The notes under the pieces: generated by a model
The model's input: the letters and a program-made list of their open reading frames with translations, nothing else
The model's database searches: none
What the model was told of the DNA's origin: nothing
Source of the DNA: a virus
Lineage: Duplodnaviria > Caudoviricetes
Virus record (IMG/VR): IMGVR_UViG_3300020049_004561
Coordinates: 7,593 to 71,592 of that record
Length of the DNA: 64,000 bases
Reading direction: 5' to 3' (one strand)
Made by a program: the position numbers and the translations under genes
Shown here: piece after piece, positions 9,908 to 19,345 of the stretch
Layout of the letters: each line of letters starts with the position of its first letter
Position numbering within the stretch: the first letter of the stretch is position 1

Positions 9908-10542
9908 TTGGACCCCTTCTGTTTAACTGGTTGAGTCAAAGCACGCTCAACAGACCATCCTTTACGCAGACGAGATGCTATAACATGTTTTGATATTCCC
10001 AGCCGATCTGACCATTGGGAAATAGTGTATGTCTCACCTAAATAGGTAACGAGATGGTTAGACCGTCGATTGTTGCACTGCTCTTTCCTTGTAGCCCACC
10101 TACAGTTCTCCTTACAATATGGACCATCATTATCCTTACGATCAATACTGTGCTCTAGAGAGGGTCGCGGCCCCATGTCGCGGTAAAAGCTCTCAAACGA
10201 CAAATCCCATTCAGAACAAACACGAATCCCGCGTCCTCCGTAATTATCGAAACTCACGTCTCCCGGATAACTACATCGGTTACGCATAGCAGACCACACA
10301 GAGTACTCGGGAGTTGCGGTCATACCGTGCGTTGTTTTACTCTCTACATTACTGACACTAAGCAGTTCGGCCCGAAGACACCCGCACGACACACTCTTTC
10401 CTCCCCTCAGATGTGTGTGGCATACATCTGCGATTTTACCACAAGAACACTCACAACGCCAGCGAACGGTTCCTTTCGCATCTTCTGTTCTATATCCCAC
10501 CACGGTCCATCGGCCAAACTCCTGTCCAACAAGACTCATCAT
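9904..10542 (-). CDS. HNH homing-endonuclease-like protein
   Basis: WRCECSCG, KSVSCGC, YGGRGIRVCSEW, HSIDRKDNDGPYCKENCRWAT; likely start MMSLVG at 10542. Confidence 0.88.
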   Translation of the reverse strand: MMSLVGQEFGRWTVVGYRTEDAKGTVRWRCECSCGKIADVCHTHLRGGKSVSCGCLRAELLSVSNVESKTTHGMTATPEYSVWSAMRNRCSYPGDVSFDNYGGRGIRVCSEWDLSFESFYRDMGPRPSLEHSIDRKDNDGPYCKENCRWATRKEQCNNRRSNHLVTYLGETYTISQWSDRLGISKHVIASRLRKGWSVERALTQPVKQKGSK

Positions 10543-10546
10543 GTAC

Positions 10547-11755
10547 TTAACATCTGACTTTCGCAAGATGACTCCCAATGATCCCAGTTTCTTCTGAATA
10601 TAGGTACGATTCCGCTGCACGCAAGGACCCTATGTAACCTTGCGTATGGTGCCATGTATCGGTAGCCGACAGACTAGGCAACACCCTAACAACAACCCCG
10701 TGAGTCTCGTAATAAGGCCGATATGCAGTAGCCCTTCGTGTGTGAAAGTGTCCAGTATGTACCTCCCTACAGGTAGACATACCCCACTCCCAAGGAGCCT
10801 CCGTTGCCAGAATGTTAGGGGCTGCATCCGGTTTTGCAAAACGATGAGTCATGCAGATAAGATTGCACCCCCAATGCAAGTATTTTCGGCAAATCTCACT
10901 GTCATCAACCGTGACACGAGGATCATCCTTGAAGTATTGCTTAACAACCTTAGAAAGTAGTACAGAGCAGTTCTCATCGTGGTTTCCAGGCACCACAGGG
11001 ACATATACGTCTGCTATACTGGCACAATCTTCCACCGCAGCCACGACAGCAGCCACTGCCATGTCAAAGACCTTGTGGAATCTTGTATCGGTGGAGTCAA
11101 CCCTAGTTCCTGCAGTAGTTTCGGAGCGAAGGTTATCAACATGCAGCAGATCATGCCCAATAGGGACAACGATCTTCTTGATTCTGGTAGGATTGAAATA
11201 AGCTAGTGCGTCAGATACTGCCTGCCTGTAGATAGCCGAGGCGATTTCAGCATCGTAGTCTTCCCCCGCCTCTTTTCGCCATGCTCGCTTTCCAAAATGC
11301 GTGTCGCAAAGACTGACAATCAACATCGAATCTGCAGAGCGGCACTCAGACTTCCTTACAACATGCTTACGCACAGAATCCAGCAGGGACACAAACCCAG
11401 GAGTCAACTCAACAGCCGTCTGTGGTCGCTTCTTTACCTGGACTGAGTGTTCCTTGGATTTAATCCACGCACTAGACACGTCATCCATACTGAATCCAGC
11501 ATCAGTTACCTGCTGCTCAATACTAGACTTAGCAGTAGGCTTGCACACGCAAGGCTCAATGACAGTCTCAGCAGGGAACCCGTAACAGGATTCAATACGA
11601 CTCACCGTCCCAGTATCCTTGCAGACCACACAAGATGCTGGAACTGTATTCTTCTCTGCCTTGTATTGTCTACGGAAACTTGTCCAAGGAATCCCTAGAG
11701 CCTTAGCGGCTGCTCGTTTGCTTCCATGCTTATCAACAGCTTCGTGAAGAGTCAT
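10547..11755 (-). CDS. calcineurin-like metallophosphoesterase with N-terminal HTH and Zn ribbon
   Basis: DTHFG, GHDLLHVDN, GNHD, HTGHFH motifs; N-terminal SKRAAAKALGIPWTSF and CVVC...CVC. Confidence 0.85.
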   Translation of the reverse strand: MTLHEAVDKHGSKRAAAKALGIPWTSFRRQYKAEKNTVPASCVVCKDTGTVSRIESCYGFPAETVIEPCVCKPTAKSSIEQQVTDAGFSMDDVSSAWIKSKEHSVQVKKRPQTAVELTPGFVSLLDSVRKHVVRKSECRSADSMLIVSLCDTHFGKRAWRKEAGEDYDAEIASAIYRQAVSDALAYFNPTRIKKIVVPIGHDLLHVDNLRSETTAGTRVDSTDTRFHKVFDMAVAAVVAAVEDCASIADVYVPVVPGNHDENCSVLLSKVVKQYFKDDPRVTVDDSEICRKYLHWGCNLICMTHRFAKPDAAPNILATEAPWEWGMSTCREVHTGHFHTRRATAYRPYYETHGVVVRVLPSLSATDTWHHTQGYIGSLRAAESYLYSEETGIIGSHLAKVRC

Positions 11756-12393
11756 TCAGTTACCTCGGTAGTTGTTCGTGAATGGCAAATGATCTTGAGT
11801 GGTCGCTTTGGCGGTGGATTGCTCACTACACGCTTAGCAGCCCATTCAAGGTCATCAAGTGTTCCATTATTCCAGACCAGATAATCAAATTGCCAGTCCG
11901 GCAGTCCTTGCTCACTAGCGTGCTTAGTAGCTTCCTGCGTATGCTCTCGCCTACTCTCACCTACCATCTTAACAAGTGCAACCTTGTTCTTCAGTTTAGG
12001 CTTAGTAAACTCCCAAGCATAGATTGCATCGACTTCATTATGAAAGCGTACATCACGAATGACTACCTTCTCGTGAGTTCCTACAAACTCTTCAGCCAGA
12101 TCGACCCAGCAGTCTTTGCCATGGATATCCCTACCAGCCTCTGTACCGTATGCCTGCATCAGTCGTCTAACGTCTGGAATTTTCTTGGCTTCATCCCACC
12201 CATAACAATGGACCAGACGCTGTAACCACTCTGGTTCATCTCCTGTATCAACAAGCGGGTTAAGTGCCAACAAACCCTTACGCAACGGATCAGCAAAACT
12301 GTACGGTGTGTGGTCAGTAAGGAACGAGGCCAGAGTGTCCTTGCCGGTTCCTAATTTCCCATGAATTGCTACCAGATCAATCACAGACTGCAT
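11752..12393 (-). CDS. deoxynucleoside monophosphate kinase (T4 gp1-like)
   Basis: IHGKLGTGKDT P-loop, FADPLR, RRLMQAYGTEAGR, VIRDVRFHNE; start MQSVIDL at 12393. Confidence 0.88.
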   Translation of the reverse strand: MQSVIDLVAIHGKLGTGKDTLASFLTDHTPYSFADPLRKGLLALNPLVDTGDEPEWLQRLVHCYGWDEAKKIPDVRRLMQAYGTEAGRDIHGKDCWVDLAEEFVGTHEKVVIRDVRFHNEVDAIYAWEFTKPKLKNKVALVKMVGESRREHTQEATKHASEQGLPDWQFDYLVWNNGTLDDLEWAAKRVVSNPPPKRPLKIICHSRTTTEVTE

Positions 12394-12826
12394 TGTCGAT
12401 CCTTTCCTTTGCGATTGCAAAATACTTCTCGTCCTTCTCAATCCCGATGAAGGATCGGCCAAGACGCTTCCCAGTCGAACAACCAGCACGAGAAAACACA
12501 CAGACATCCTCGTGTTCTTTTAATGGTCTATAGCGAACATCCTGAAATCCTGTTGACCTGCTTTTTTGCCACACCCAGCAATACTTAAACATTCCAGCAT
12601 TGCTCATAATCAGTGCAGAAGTGAACGGCTGACTAGCCGTCATCACGATAGCTGAGTCTGCCTTAGTGATCCGCTTCAAATGAGACCACATAGGTTCAAA
12701 TGGTATTACCGAACCCCACTTACAAGCTGTGGTCCCATAAGGCGGATCGGCAAGCACCATATCAACCGAACCATCTGGGATGTCTGCCATCTTAATCAGG
12801 CAGTCGGCGTTGTACAGTTCGATCAT
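12377..12826 (-). pseudogene. DNA adenine methyltransferase (DPPY) with an in-frame internal deletion removing the SAM-binding FxGxG motif
   Basis: DCL...VDMVLADPPY...HEDVCVFS joins directly to RLGRSFIGIEKDEKYF; the HPTQKP and DxxxGSGTT segments are absent; only 149 aa. Confidence 0.7.
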
Positions 12827-13410
12827 CGAACTCTCCCAGTCGGTCCTAATTTGTTAAAGCGATCCATGAACTCGCTGAAGGCTCTATCTGGAGTCCAGAC
12901 TTCCTGGATCATCCACTCAATGTCGTACAACGGTTCAAGCCCTAGCTTACGCAAAGAAGCCTTCATCTCGTTAGACGCCAAAGACGCTACTTCAATGCGA
13001 CGTGACAGGTGGTCTGCCTTATGCACAGCTTCTGGGAATGGGAATGTTACTCCCCAATAATGACAGAACCGTTTAGCGATAGCGTTCTCGAATTCACGCC
13101 ACACACCGTTGCCTAGCAGGTTCAATGCATTCTTTACTGGTGTGCTAACATCACCACAAATTGCTTCATGTCCGTCGTGCATCAGCCCGCAGTAGGAGCC
13201 GCCCAGCATGTCGCTGACTAGGCACGAGTGTTGGGCAGTGCTGTACTGTCCTAAATGACCGTTGAAGCTATTGACACCGCTAAGGCTATGAGCGACCTCA
13301 GCGATCGTCATCTTCATTCGACCGCCTACGAGACTGCAAATAGAACCGTCTCGCATCGCAATCTGAAAGTATTGTTCGGATGTAACGATGGATTGTAATA
13401 CGTCCTGCAT
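12823..13410 (-). CDS. HD-domain phosphohydrolase (YfdR/5'-deoxynucleotidase-like)
   Basis: AHSLSGVNSFNGH, YSTAQHS, LMHDGHEAICGDVSTPVK, VHKAD. Confidence 0.85.
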   Translation of the reverse strand: MQDVLQSIVTSEQYFQIAMRDGSICSLVGGRMKMTIAEVAHSLSGVNSFNGHLGQYSTAQHSCLVSDMLGGSYCGLMHDGHEAICGDVSTPVKNALNLLGNGVWREFENAIAKRFCHYWGVTFPFPEAVHKADHLSRRIEVASLASNEMKASLRKLGLEPLYDIEWMIQEVWTPDRAFSEFMDRFNKLGPTGRVR

Positions 13411-13735
13411 TGGGCAGTTTCCGTAGTTTGCGAATGAACATTTCCTGAGTTGCTTCTGGATTTAATCCGAGCATCTCACAGGCGTTGTTGAATGTGATGA
13501 GTGTTGCTGAAGTATCATCAGCAGAGGCCAGCCACTCGATAACATTGACCACAGGTCTAAGGAACTCTCTCACGCACTTCTGCGATGGCTTAGTGTTAGA
13601 GAAGTAGTCCTTGTCAGAATGCTCAATGAACCGGTCGATATCGTCAGACGCATTCTTGAGCATGCCTACCAGCAGCATCTTGATAGGGTCGTCTACAGAC
13701 CTACTGATCGAACCGTGTTCCACTGTAGGCATCAT
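13298..13735 (-). CDS. hypothetical protein
   Basis: 145-aa ORF containing TFNNACEMLGLNPE; its 3' end overlaps the HD gene, so the boundaries are uncertain. Confidence 0.55.
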   Translation of the reverse strand: MMPTVEHGSISRSVDDPIKMLLVGMLKNASDDIDRFIEHSDKDYFSNTKPSQKCVREFLRPVVNVIEWLASADDTSATLITFNNACEMLGLNPEATQEMFIRKLRKLPNAGRITIHRYIRTILSDCDARRFYLQSRRRSNEDDDR

Positions 13736-13895
13736 AATCCTCTTGAGGAGAAGTCAAATAGAACCAGTTAAAGCGGTCTGCATCATCAAGTACTTCTTTA
13801 CTAAGAAGCCGCCTGATTTCGCTATCCAGCTTTGTCGTTCGGTGATCTGAGCGAATCCCTTCGCTTAGTGTCTGCTCAATTAACATGATTCATTC

Positions 13896-14228
13896 CTATG
13901 CTGGCAATACAACAGTGCAGTTATCGCCAATTTGACATTCTCCATCAGTGTAACATGTTGGAACAATGTCGCCTGTACCATCACTACGGATGACACACCA
14001 CTCTACATGCTTGAACTTTGTGTCGTGATCCAGGTCACCAAACCTGACTACCTTCGGTACATGGAGTTTAGGCTTAACCCGGAACTCCACAGTAGCATTG
14101 AAGTCCGGGAATCCTTCAACATCAAACCAGGATGAGTCAGAGTGTGTTCGATACTGCAGAGCCTTGCCGCCTACTGCGGCCTGCATGATGCCTGAGTCCA
14201 GTAGATACTTGAGCCGTTCTTTTGTCAT
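13896..14228 (-). CDS. hypothetical protein
   Basis: 110 aa; LQYR...W...FRVKP pattern typical of small phage proteins. Confidence 0.6.
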   Translation of the reverse strand: MTKERLKYLLDSGIMQAAVGGKALQYRTHSDSSWFDVEGFPDFNATVEFRVKPKLHVPKVVRFGDLDHDTKFKHVEWCVIRSDGTGDIVPTCYTDGECQIGDNCTVVLPA

Positions 14229-14383
14229 TTTTGAACCTTGTGTATTGGACCTCTATTGGCTGATGAGCTGTCCTAGAGGATAGACAGGAAAGACTGGTCA
14301 TGGTTGAACCCAGCCCCATACGCTCAGCCATGCACGTACCGATCTTACTACACACCGTTATAGCGGCTATCGCCCCTTATCGG

Positions 14384-14725
14384 CTAGGGTGCTCGCACTA
14401 GTGGGTTAGGAGTTGAGAGTACTTCTGGTGAGTACATTCCTAAGTCCTGTGAGTATTGTGTTAGTTCTTGCAACTTGTCGCTGAAGGTCGGGAACTCGAC
14501 ATCCCGATAAGCATTGAAGATCGAAGACAGCTCAACGAAAGGTCCGTCTGGTCCTTTCACACTAGAAAGCGAGGCATGGCTGATCTCCCACTTGCTCCCA
14601 TCAATGAGTCCGCATATCACCGTAGCATTGGGTGGAAGGTTCCTCAATTGTTCAATCAGTTCGATGACTGTCACTGACCTGCCCGCTTTCTCATTCGTTT
14701 GGCGTATGCCTGCGGTGTTTCCCAT
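14384..14725 (-). CDS. hypothetical protein
   Basis: TVIELIEQLRNLPPNATV pattern. Confidence 0.55.
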   Translation of the reverse strand: MGNTAGIRQTNEKAGRSVTVIELIEQLRNLPPNATVICGLIDGSKWEISHASLSSVKGPDGPFVELSSIFNAYRDVEFPTFSDKLQELTQYSQDLGMYSPEVLSTPNPLVRAP

Positions 14726-14863
14726 CGCTTTCGATCTTCTGGCGATCTCTGACGTTCCTTCATCAGTGAATCGAACTGACTACTGTCAATCTCATCAAAG
14801 ATCGAACGATTGAACTGGATCAGTTCTAGTTCCTGCTGCGGTGTCAGTCGCACGTCTTACTCC

Positions 14864-15052
14864 TTATCGGATCGGCTCATTCGAGTACCTATTCAGAGCA
14901 CCTACTCCAGTATGATCTGACATTGCAGACCATGCTTCGATTGTTCGCAACAGCATATTGATCCATTCAGCAGCTTCATTCGCATAGACTTCAGGAACAT
15001 TGTTGGTGCCTGCTCGTTGTGCCAGTTCTGCCTTGATCTCTTCGATGGTCAT
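14864..15052 (-). CDS. hypothetical protein, first gene of the leftward operon
   Basis: Start MTIEEIK after the CAGGAG SD, just downstream of the promoter at 15083-15111. Confidence 0.6.
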   Translation of the reverse strand: MTIEEIKAELAQRAGTNNVPEVYANEAAEWINMLLRTIEAWSAMSDHTGVGALNRYSNEPIR

Positions 15053-15082
15053 TTCTCGCTCCTGTGGGTGAGTGATGGGGTA

Positions 15083-15111
15083 ATGGTAGCATTCCAAGCG
15101 GCCTCTGTCAA
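15083..15111 (-). promoter_or_regulatory. sigma70-like promoter TTGACA-N17-TACCAT
   Basis: TGTCAA at 15106-15111 and ATGGTA at 15083-15088. Confidence 0.75.
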
Positions 15112-15160
15112 CCCTGTTGGGTTCTGATCTAACCCGGAAGCCACCATCCCCGTGTCTGAT

Positions 15161-15195
15161 GGCAGATGATAAACCACCCAGAGACCTCTTGTCAA
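15161..15195 (-). promoter_or_regulatory. sigma70-like promoter TTGACA-N18-TATCAT-CTGCC
   Basis: TGTCAA at 15190-15195, ATGATA at 15166-15171, GGCAG at 15161-15165. Confidence 0.75.
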
Positions 15196-15600
15196 GCCTC
15201 TGTGGTCACCTAGGTAGAAATACTTTCCAGACCAGACTGGCCACTAAAGGTATCCTACAAACGTACGAAGCTCTAGAATGCCCCAGGAAGTCCCCAAATT
15301 TGACCAGACGTGTCTAACCATTGACCGACCCATCCAATGGCTTCCTGGGGCATCCTGGTGCGTTTGGTGATGTTTTGGAAGGTCGTCTATGCCCCAGATT
15401 TCCAGGCTTTCCCGGAAGGGGTCACTTTCCCGGCACGTCTATCGACCACACTGGAGAAACCTTCGGGAAAAATCTAAGAAATTTTATCCTCTTGTGGTCC
15501 ATAGGGTTATGTCAATGTTGACCACATCTGGTGGAGATTCTTCCGGAAACTGGTTCTTGACTGGTCCGTAGGATATGCCATATTCCCGTTACACTGGTTA

Positions 15601-15990
15601 TATGTAAGTAAGTACATTGATAACAAGTATTACGTAGTAATACTTGTATATGATAACTTACAAGTATACTAGATAAGATCACGAAGTGATCTTATCTAGT
15701 AGACGAGTAAGTTATCATTGACAGTTAGATTTGTTTTTTGTTTTTACCTATAGACCAGTAAACTTACTCACTTCGTTCGTAAGTTTACGTTAGTAGACAA
15801 GTAGATATGAATAAGTATATGTAGTAAGTACAATACAAGTAATGATGATAGTACTGTAAAATGGGTATATGTATTACTATCATCAACATACAATACAAAA
15901 CAAGTATCATTACTTTTAGATAGAGTAATGATATCTGTTTTGTAGTGGTAGAAAAGTAAACAGATAATCAATGGTCTACTAACAGAAAGA
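15601..15990. other. AT-rich (about 28% GC by hand count of 15601-15960) non-coding region with many inverted repeats; candidate origin or structured leader
   Basis: Stems 15623-15633/15637-15647, 15650-15661/15707-15718, 15667-15682/15686-15701, 15758-15767/15779-15788, 15843-15853/15875-15885, 15905-15914/15924-15933, 15789-15798/15974-15983. Confidence 0.7.
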
Positions 15991-15999
15991 AGATGTTCA

Positions 16000-16965
16000 A
16001 TGAAATGTCAGAAGCTAACTTCTGAACTTGAACTGAATCTTGAATCGGTTGAAGTAGATTCTGAAAGTAGAGTACTCAAGAATGTACTACTCTGCGGCAA
16101 CGAATCGAAAAACGGGTACAAGTACCCAGCAAGCTGTTTCAAGAACCAAGAGCATGTGGTCAGTCTTTACGAAGGTAAGGCTGTCTGCATCGACCACAGT
16201 GACAAACCATTAAATCGCAAGATTAGGGATGTTGCTGGATTCATCCAGAATGTTCGCCTCGTGGATGGCAAGCCTTTTGGTGACATCGCTATCGAGAGTG
16301 CCATCGACTGTGGTGTTGACCTTCTGACACTTGCTAAAAACAAGCGTAAGAACATCGGCATGTCTCATGTTGCTATGTGCAAGATGAGCAAGGATCGGCA
16401 GACTGTTGAGTGCATCGAGCAGGTTGTTACCGTCGATGTGGTCTTTAGTCCGGCCACAACCAAAACTTTCTTTGAACAGGATCAGGGAATGGAACTTGAA
16501 CAACTGAAGTCCGAGAACGATGTTCTCAAGGGCCGAGTTGCAGTTCTTGAGTCTGACTTGAGCAAGGCAACGGCTACTGCCGAGACCCTGAAGTCCGAGA
16601 ACACTTCCCTGCTTGGTGAAGTGACTAATCTGCGGACTGAGGTTGCCGAGATCAAGCCCAAACTTGAGAACTACGTAAAGGCAGAGCAGAAGCTCGCTGA
16701 CGAGACAGCCGTCAAGGGACTGCTGACAGAAGCTGGATTGGACCTTGCTGACCCTGTGGTCGTGAGTGAGCAGTTTATGGCTATGCTGCTCAGCGCTTCT
16801 GCAGATGCTCGTCTGCCGTTGATCGAGGACCGCAAGGCTGCAGTCAGTCGCGGTGGATCAGCACCAACAGGGACCGTACGTTCTCCGGAACGTGTAGTCA
16901 AAACTGAACCAAAGGCAGAGGCTTTTAGCGCTGCTGATTACCTTGCCAAGTTTGTTGGCGAATAA
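16000..16965 (+). CDS. prohead protease fused to a coiled-coil scaffold
   Basis: SKNGYKY, VCIDHS, IGMSH and VDVVFSPAT resemble phage head-maturation protease motifs; coiled-coil C-terminal half; first gene of the head operon. Confidence 0.75.
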   Translation: MKCQKLTSELELNLESVEVDSESRVLKNVLLCGNESKNGYKYPASCFKNQEHVVSLYEGKAVCIDHSDKPLNRKIRDVAGFIQNVRLVDGKPFGDIAIESAIDCGVDLLTLAKNKRKNIGMSHVAMCKMSKDRQTVECIEQVVTVDVVFSPATTKTFFEQDQGMELEQLKSENDVLKGRVAVLESDLSKATATAETLKSENTSLLGEVTNLRTEVAEIKPKLENYVKAEQKLADETAVKGLLTEAGLDLADPVVVSEQFMAMLLSASADARLPLIEDRKAAVSRGGSAPTGTVRSPERVVKTEPKAEAFSAADYLAKFVGE

Positions 16966-16975
16966 GGAGAATTAA

Positions 16976-17461
16976 ATGGCCCGTGCTATTCATCGGCTTG
17001 GTCCTGTAACTCTGAAGGACTACCCGGTCGATTCGACTACGGTGGTCACTAAGGGTGACATGATGTTCCTGGATACGGATGATGCAAAGCCTGCAGCTTC
17101 CTTTACCTGGGATACGAATATTGCGACCACACAGGCGGCTTTCAATAACGTGTTTATTGGGGTTGCTGCTGAAGGTCGTGCAAGTGGTGATGCAGCCACT
17201 ACGCTTGCAATTGATGTCAATCCGGCATCAGTTTGGGAATACGATCAGGCCGCTGATGCAGTCCTGACTGGTGGTCTGATTGGGCCTGCCAAGGCTTCCG
17301 GCAACGCTCTGGAAAACCAGAAGGTTGTGGAATGTGCGGCAGCCGCTGCAATTGGTCGATGCCACGTCGGCGTCACTTCAAGCGCCACCCGCATCCAGTG
17401 TACGTTCGGTTCTGCCCGTCATACGGCTAGTGCCAACGCTAACGCAGCCTTCGGTAGCTAA
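16976..17461 (+). CDS. capsid decoration/cement protein
   Basis: Ala/Gly-rich 161 aa between protease and capsid; VTKGDMMFL, FIGVAAE. Confidence 0.65.
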   Translation: MARAIHRLGPVTLKDYPVDSTTVVTKGDMMFLDTDDAKPAASFTWDTNIATTQAAFNNVFIGVAAEGRASGDAATTLAIDVNPASVWEYDQAADAVLTGGLIGPAKASGNALENQKVVECAAAAAIGRCHVGVTSSATRIQCTFGSARHTASANANAAFGS

Positions 17462-17473
17462 TAGGAGATTCAC

Positions 17474-18745
17474 GTGGTACGTCTTAATCAAGAGTTCTTC
17501 ACTGGACTCACGAAAGACCGTCCGGTCGCCGATGGCTGCCGTCTGGTCTTCGAAACCCTGACTGAAGGTTTGAAGTCAGGTAAGCTGAAGGCTGAGCACG
17601 CCGTGCCTAGCTTTAAGCAACTTGGTCTGTGGATGGGTGCTATTGACCCGATGGATGAACGCGGCTCTTGGCGCAAGATCGCTGAAGAAGTCAAGTTTGT
17701 CGATCACGAAGGCCTTGAGCCGCATCAGATCAACGCACGGGTTTTCACCGAATCCAACGCGGCTGTCCGCTCGCAGGCATTTGCTACTCTGACCTCGACA
17801 CTCATCTCTTCGAAGATGATCGAGGCTTACGATGCAGTGCCTAGCGTTGCTGACACTCTGATGACCATTATGCCTAACCAGCAGTTGCGTAATCAGCGGC
17901 TGGCAGGTCTGACCCACATCGCTGCTCCTGATGATGAAGTTCTGGAAGGTCACCCCTACCCAGAAACGGACTTCAGTGAGAAGTATGTGACAACTTCGGA
18001 AACGAAGCGTGGTCGCATCCTGCGTCTCACCGAAGAACTGATGATCTTCGATCAGACGGGTGAATGCTATCGCCGGGCAGCTATGCTCGGTACATCGTTG
18101 AAGGGTGAGCAGGAGCGTCGGAAGATGCGTCTGCTGATCGATGCAGATGCGGGTTCGAGCGTCTATGTGTATCGTCCCCAGGGAACTGGCGAGACGCTGT
18201 ACAACACTGATGCAAGCAACCTGAACTACGTCGGTTCTGGTGGTCTGACCGGGTTCAGCACAGCGTCACCGCTGGTTGACTGGACCGATCTTGATCTGGT
18301 TCGTAAGTTCCGGGCAACCAAGGTTACTGATGATCGTATCGACGGTACGGCTCGTCCTATCGGCGGTATCAACAGCAACCTGACCATTCTGGTTCCTGAA
18401 TCGCTGCGGGCAACCGCAAACACGATCGTTTATCCGACTCAGGTCGGTTACGAACCGAGTTCTTCGGGCGGCATCCAGTTCCAGTACAATCAGCCTGTCG
18501 CGGGCTTTATCTCCCGTGTGGTCTCCAGTCCGTTTGTTGATGAAGTCAACACCGACGACTACTACATCGGCGACTTCAATCGGCAGTTCGTGTGGACGGA
18601 GATTTGGCCGCTCCGTACTGCAGTGCAGGGTCGCGATAGCGAGTCAGCATTCAACCAGGACTTGATCTTCTCAATCAAGGCCAGCTACTACGGTGGTCTG
18701 TCGGCTGTCGATTCTATCTACGTCACGAAAATTGACGGAGCCTGA
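17474..18745 (+). CDS. major capsid protein
   Basis: 423 aa, biased codon usage, KRGRILRLTEELMIFDQTG, LTILVPESL, YYIGDF; followed by a terminator. Confidence 0.85.
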   Translation: MVRLNQEFFTGLTKDRPVADGCRLVFETLTEGLKSGKLKAEHAVPSFKQLGLWMGAIDPMDERGSWRKIAEEVKFVDHEGLEPHQINARVFTESNAAVRSQAFATLTSTLISSKMIEAYDAVPSVADTLMTIMPNQQLRNQRLAGLTHIAAPDDEVLEGHPYPETDFSEKYVTTSETKRGRILRLTEELMIFDQTGECYRRAAMLGTSLKGEQERRKMRLLIDADAGSSVYVYRPQGTGETLYNTDASNLNYVGSGGLTGFSTASPLVDWTDLDLVRKFRATKVTDDRIDGTARPIGGINSNLTILVPESLRATANTIVYPTQVGYEPSSSGGIQFQYNQPVAGFISRVVSSPFVDEVNTDDYYIGDFNRQFVWTEIWPLRTAVQGRDSESAFNQDLIFSIKASYYGGLSAVDSIYVTKIDGA

Positions 18746-18758
18746 TAAGTAATGTTCG

Positions 18759-18791
18759 GGGCCACGAGCGATGGCTCGTGGCCCTATTTTT
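18759..18791 (+). terminator. intrinsic terminator after the capsid gene
   Basis: GGGCCACGAGC-GATG-GCTCGTGGCCC followed by TATTTTT. Confidence 0.85.
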
Positions 18792-18814
18792 GTCTAGTTC
18801 TGGGGAGAACTGAA

Positions 18815-19345
18815 ATGTCGTTGAAGATTGGTAACAAGACCCTTTCGAAAAAGAACACACGCACTGTCACCTTCTACCGTGGTGAAGAAGCTATTAGTGT
18901 CGTGGTTGGTCCGCTTCCTCCTAAGTACATCGAACGTCTTCGTAATGATGTGCTGCCTTGGCCTGAACCGCCTCGTAAGGCTGTTGAGACCAAGCCTGGA
19001 ATTTACTTGTATGAAGGTACAGGTAGCAACCGTAAGGTTGTGTTTCAGGAAGACGAAAAGGACCCGACCTATCGTGAGGCTTTGTCGCTGCTCTCTAAGA
19101 GATACACGGCTGCAAAGATTCTCGCATACACGGCTCATGATGCTGAGTTCAGCGTTGGTCCAGATAAGCCTGTAGCAGCCTACAAGGATGATCCTGAGGC
19201 TTGGAGGCAGTATCTCGATAAGACATACGAAGACCTAACAGATGAAGTCACCGGCTTAACTGAAGCTGAGATCACGCTGATCTTGGACGAAGGCGAGAAG
19301 ACCGAACTCGCTATCGATATTGAGGAAGCCAAGAAGACTTTTTAG
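18815..19345 (+). CDS. putative tail assembly chaperone (G-like)
   Basis: Start MSLKIGNK after GGGGAG; acidic helical protein ending AAG ACT TTT TAG; overlapped by a -1 frame ORF. Confidence 0.55.
   Translation: MSLKIGNKTLSKKNTRTVTFYRGEEAISVVVGPLPPKYIERLRNDVLPWPEPPRKAVETKPGIYLYEGTGSNRKVVFQEDEKDPTYREALSLLSKRYTAAKILAYTAHDAEFSVGPDKPVAAYKDDPEAWRQYLDKTYEDLTDEVTGLTEAEITLILDEGEKTELAIDIEEAKKTF

Noticed and set aside
12823-13410. DatZ/PurZ (Z-base) system suggested by the HD hydrolase plus Pol A
   Set aside because: No PurA/PurZ-like gene in the window; the HD motifs fit the widespread YfdR-like family
15768-15971. 67-aa hydrophobic ORF in the AT-rich region
   Set aside because: No SD; its composition is a by-product of AT-rich inverted repeats
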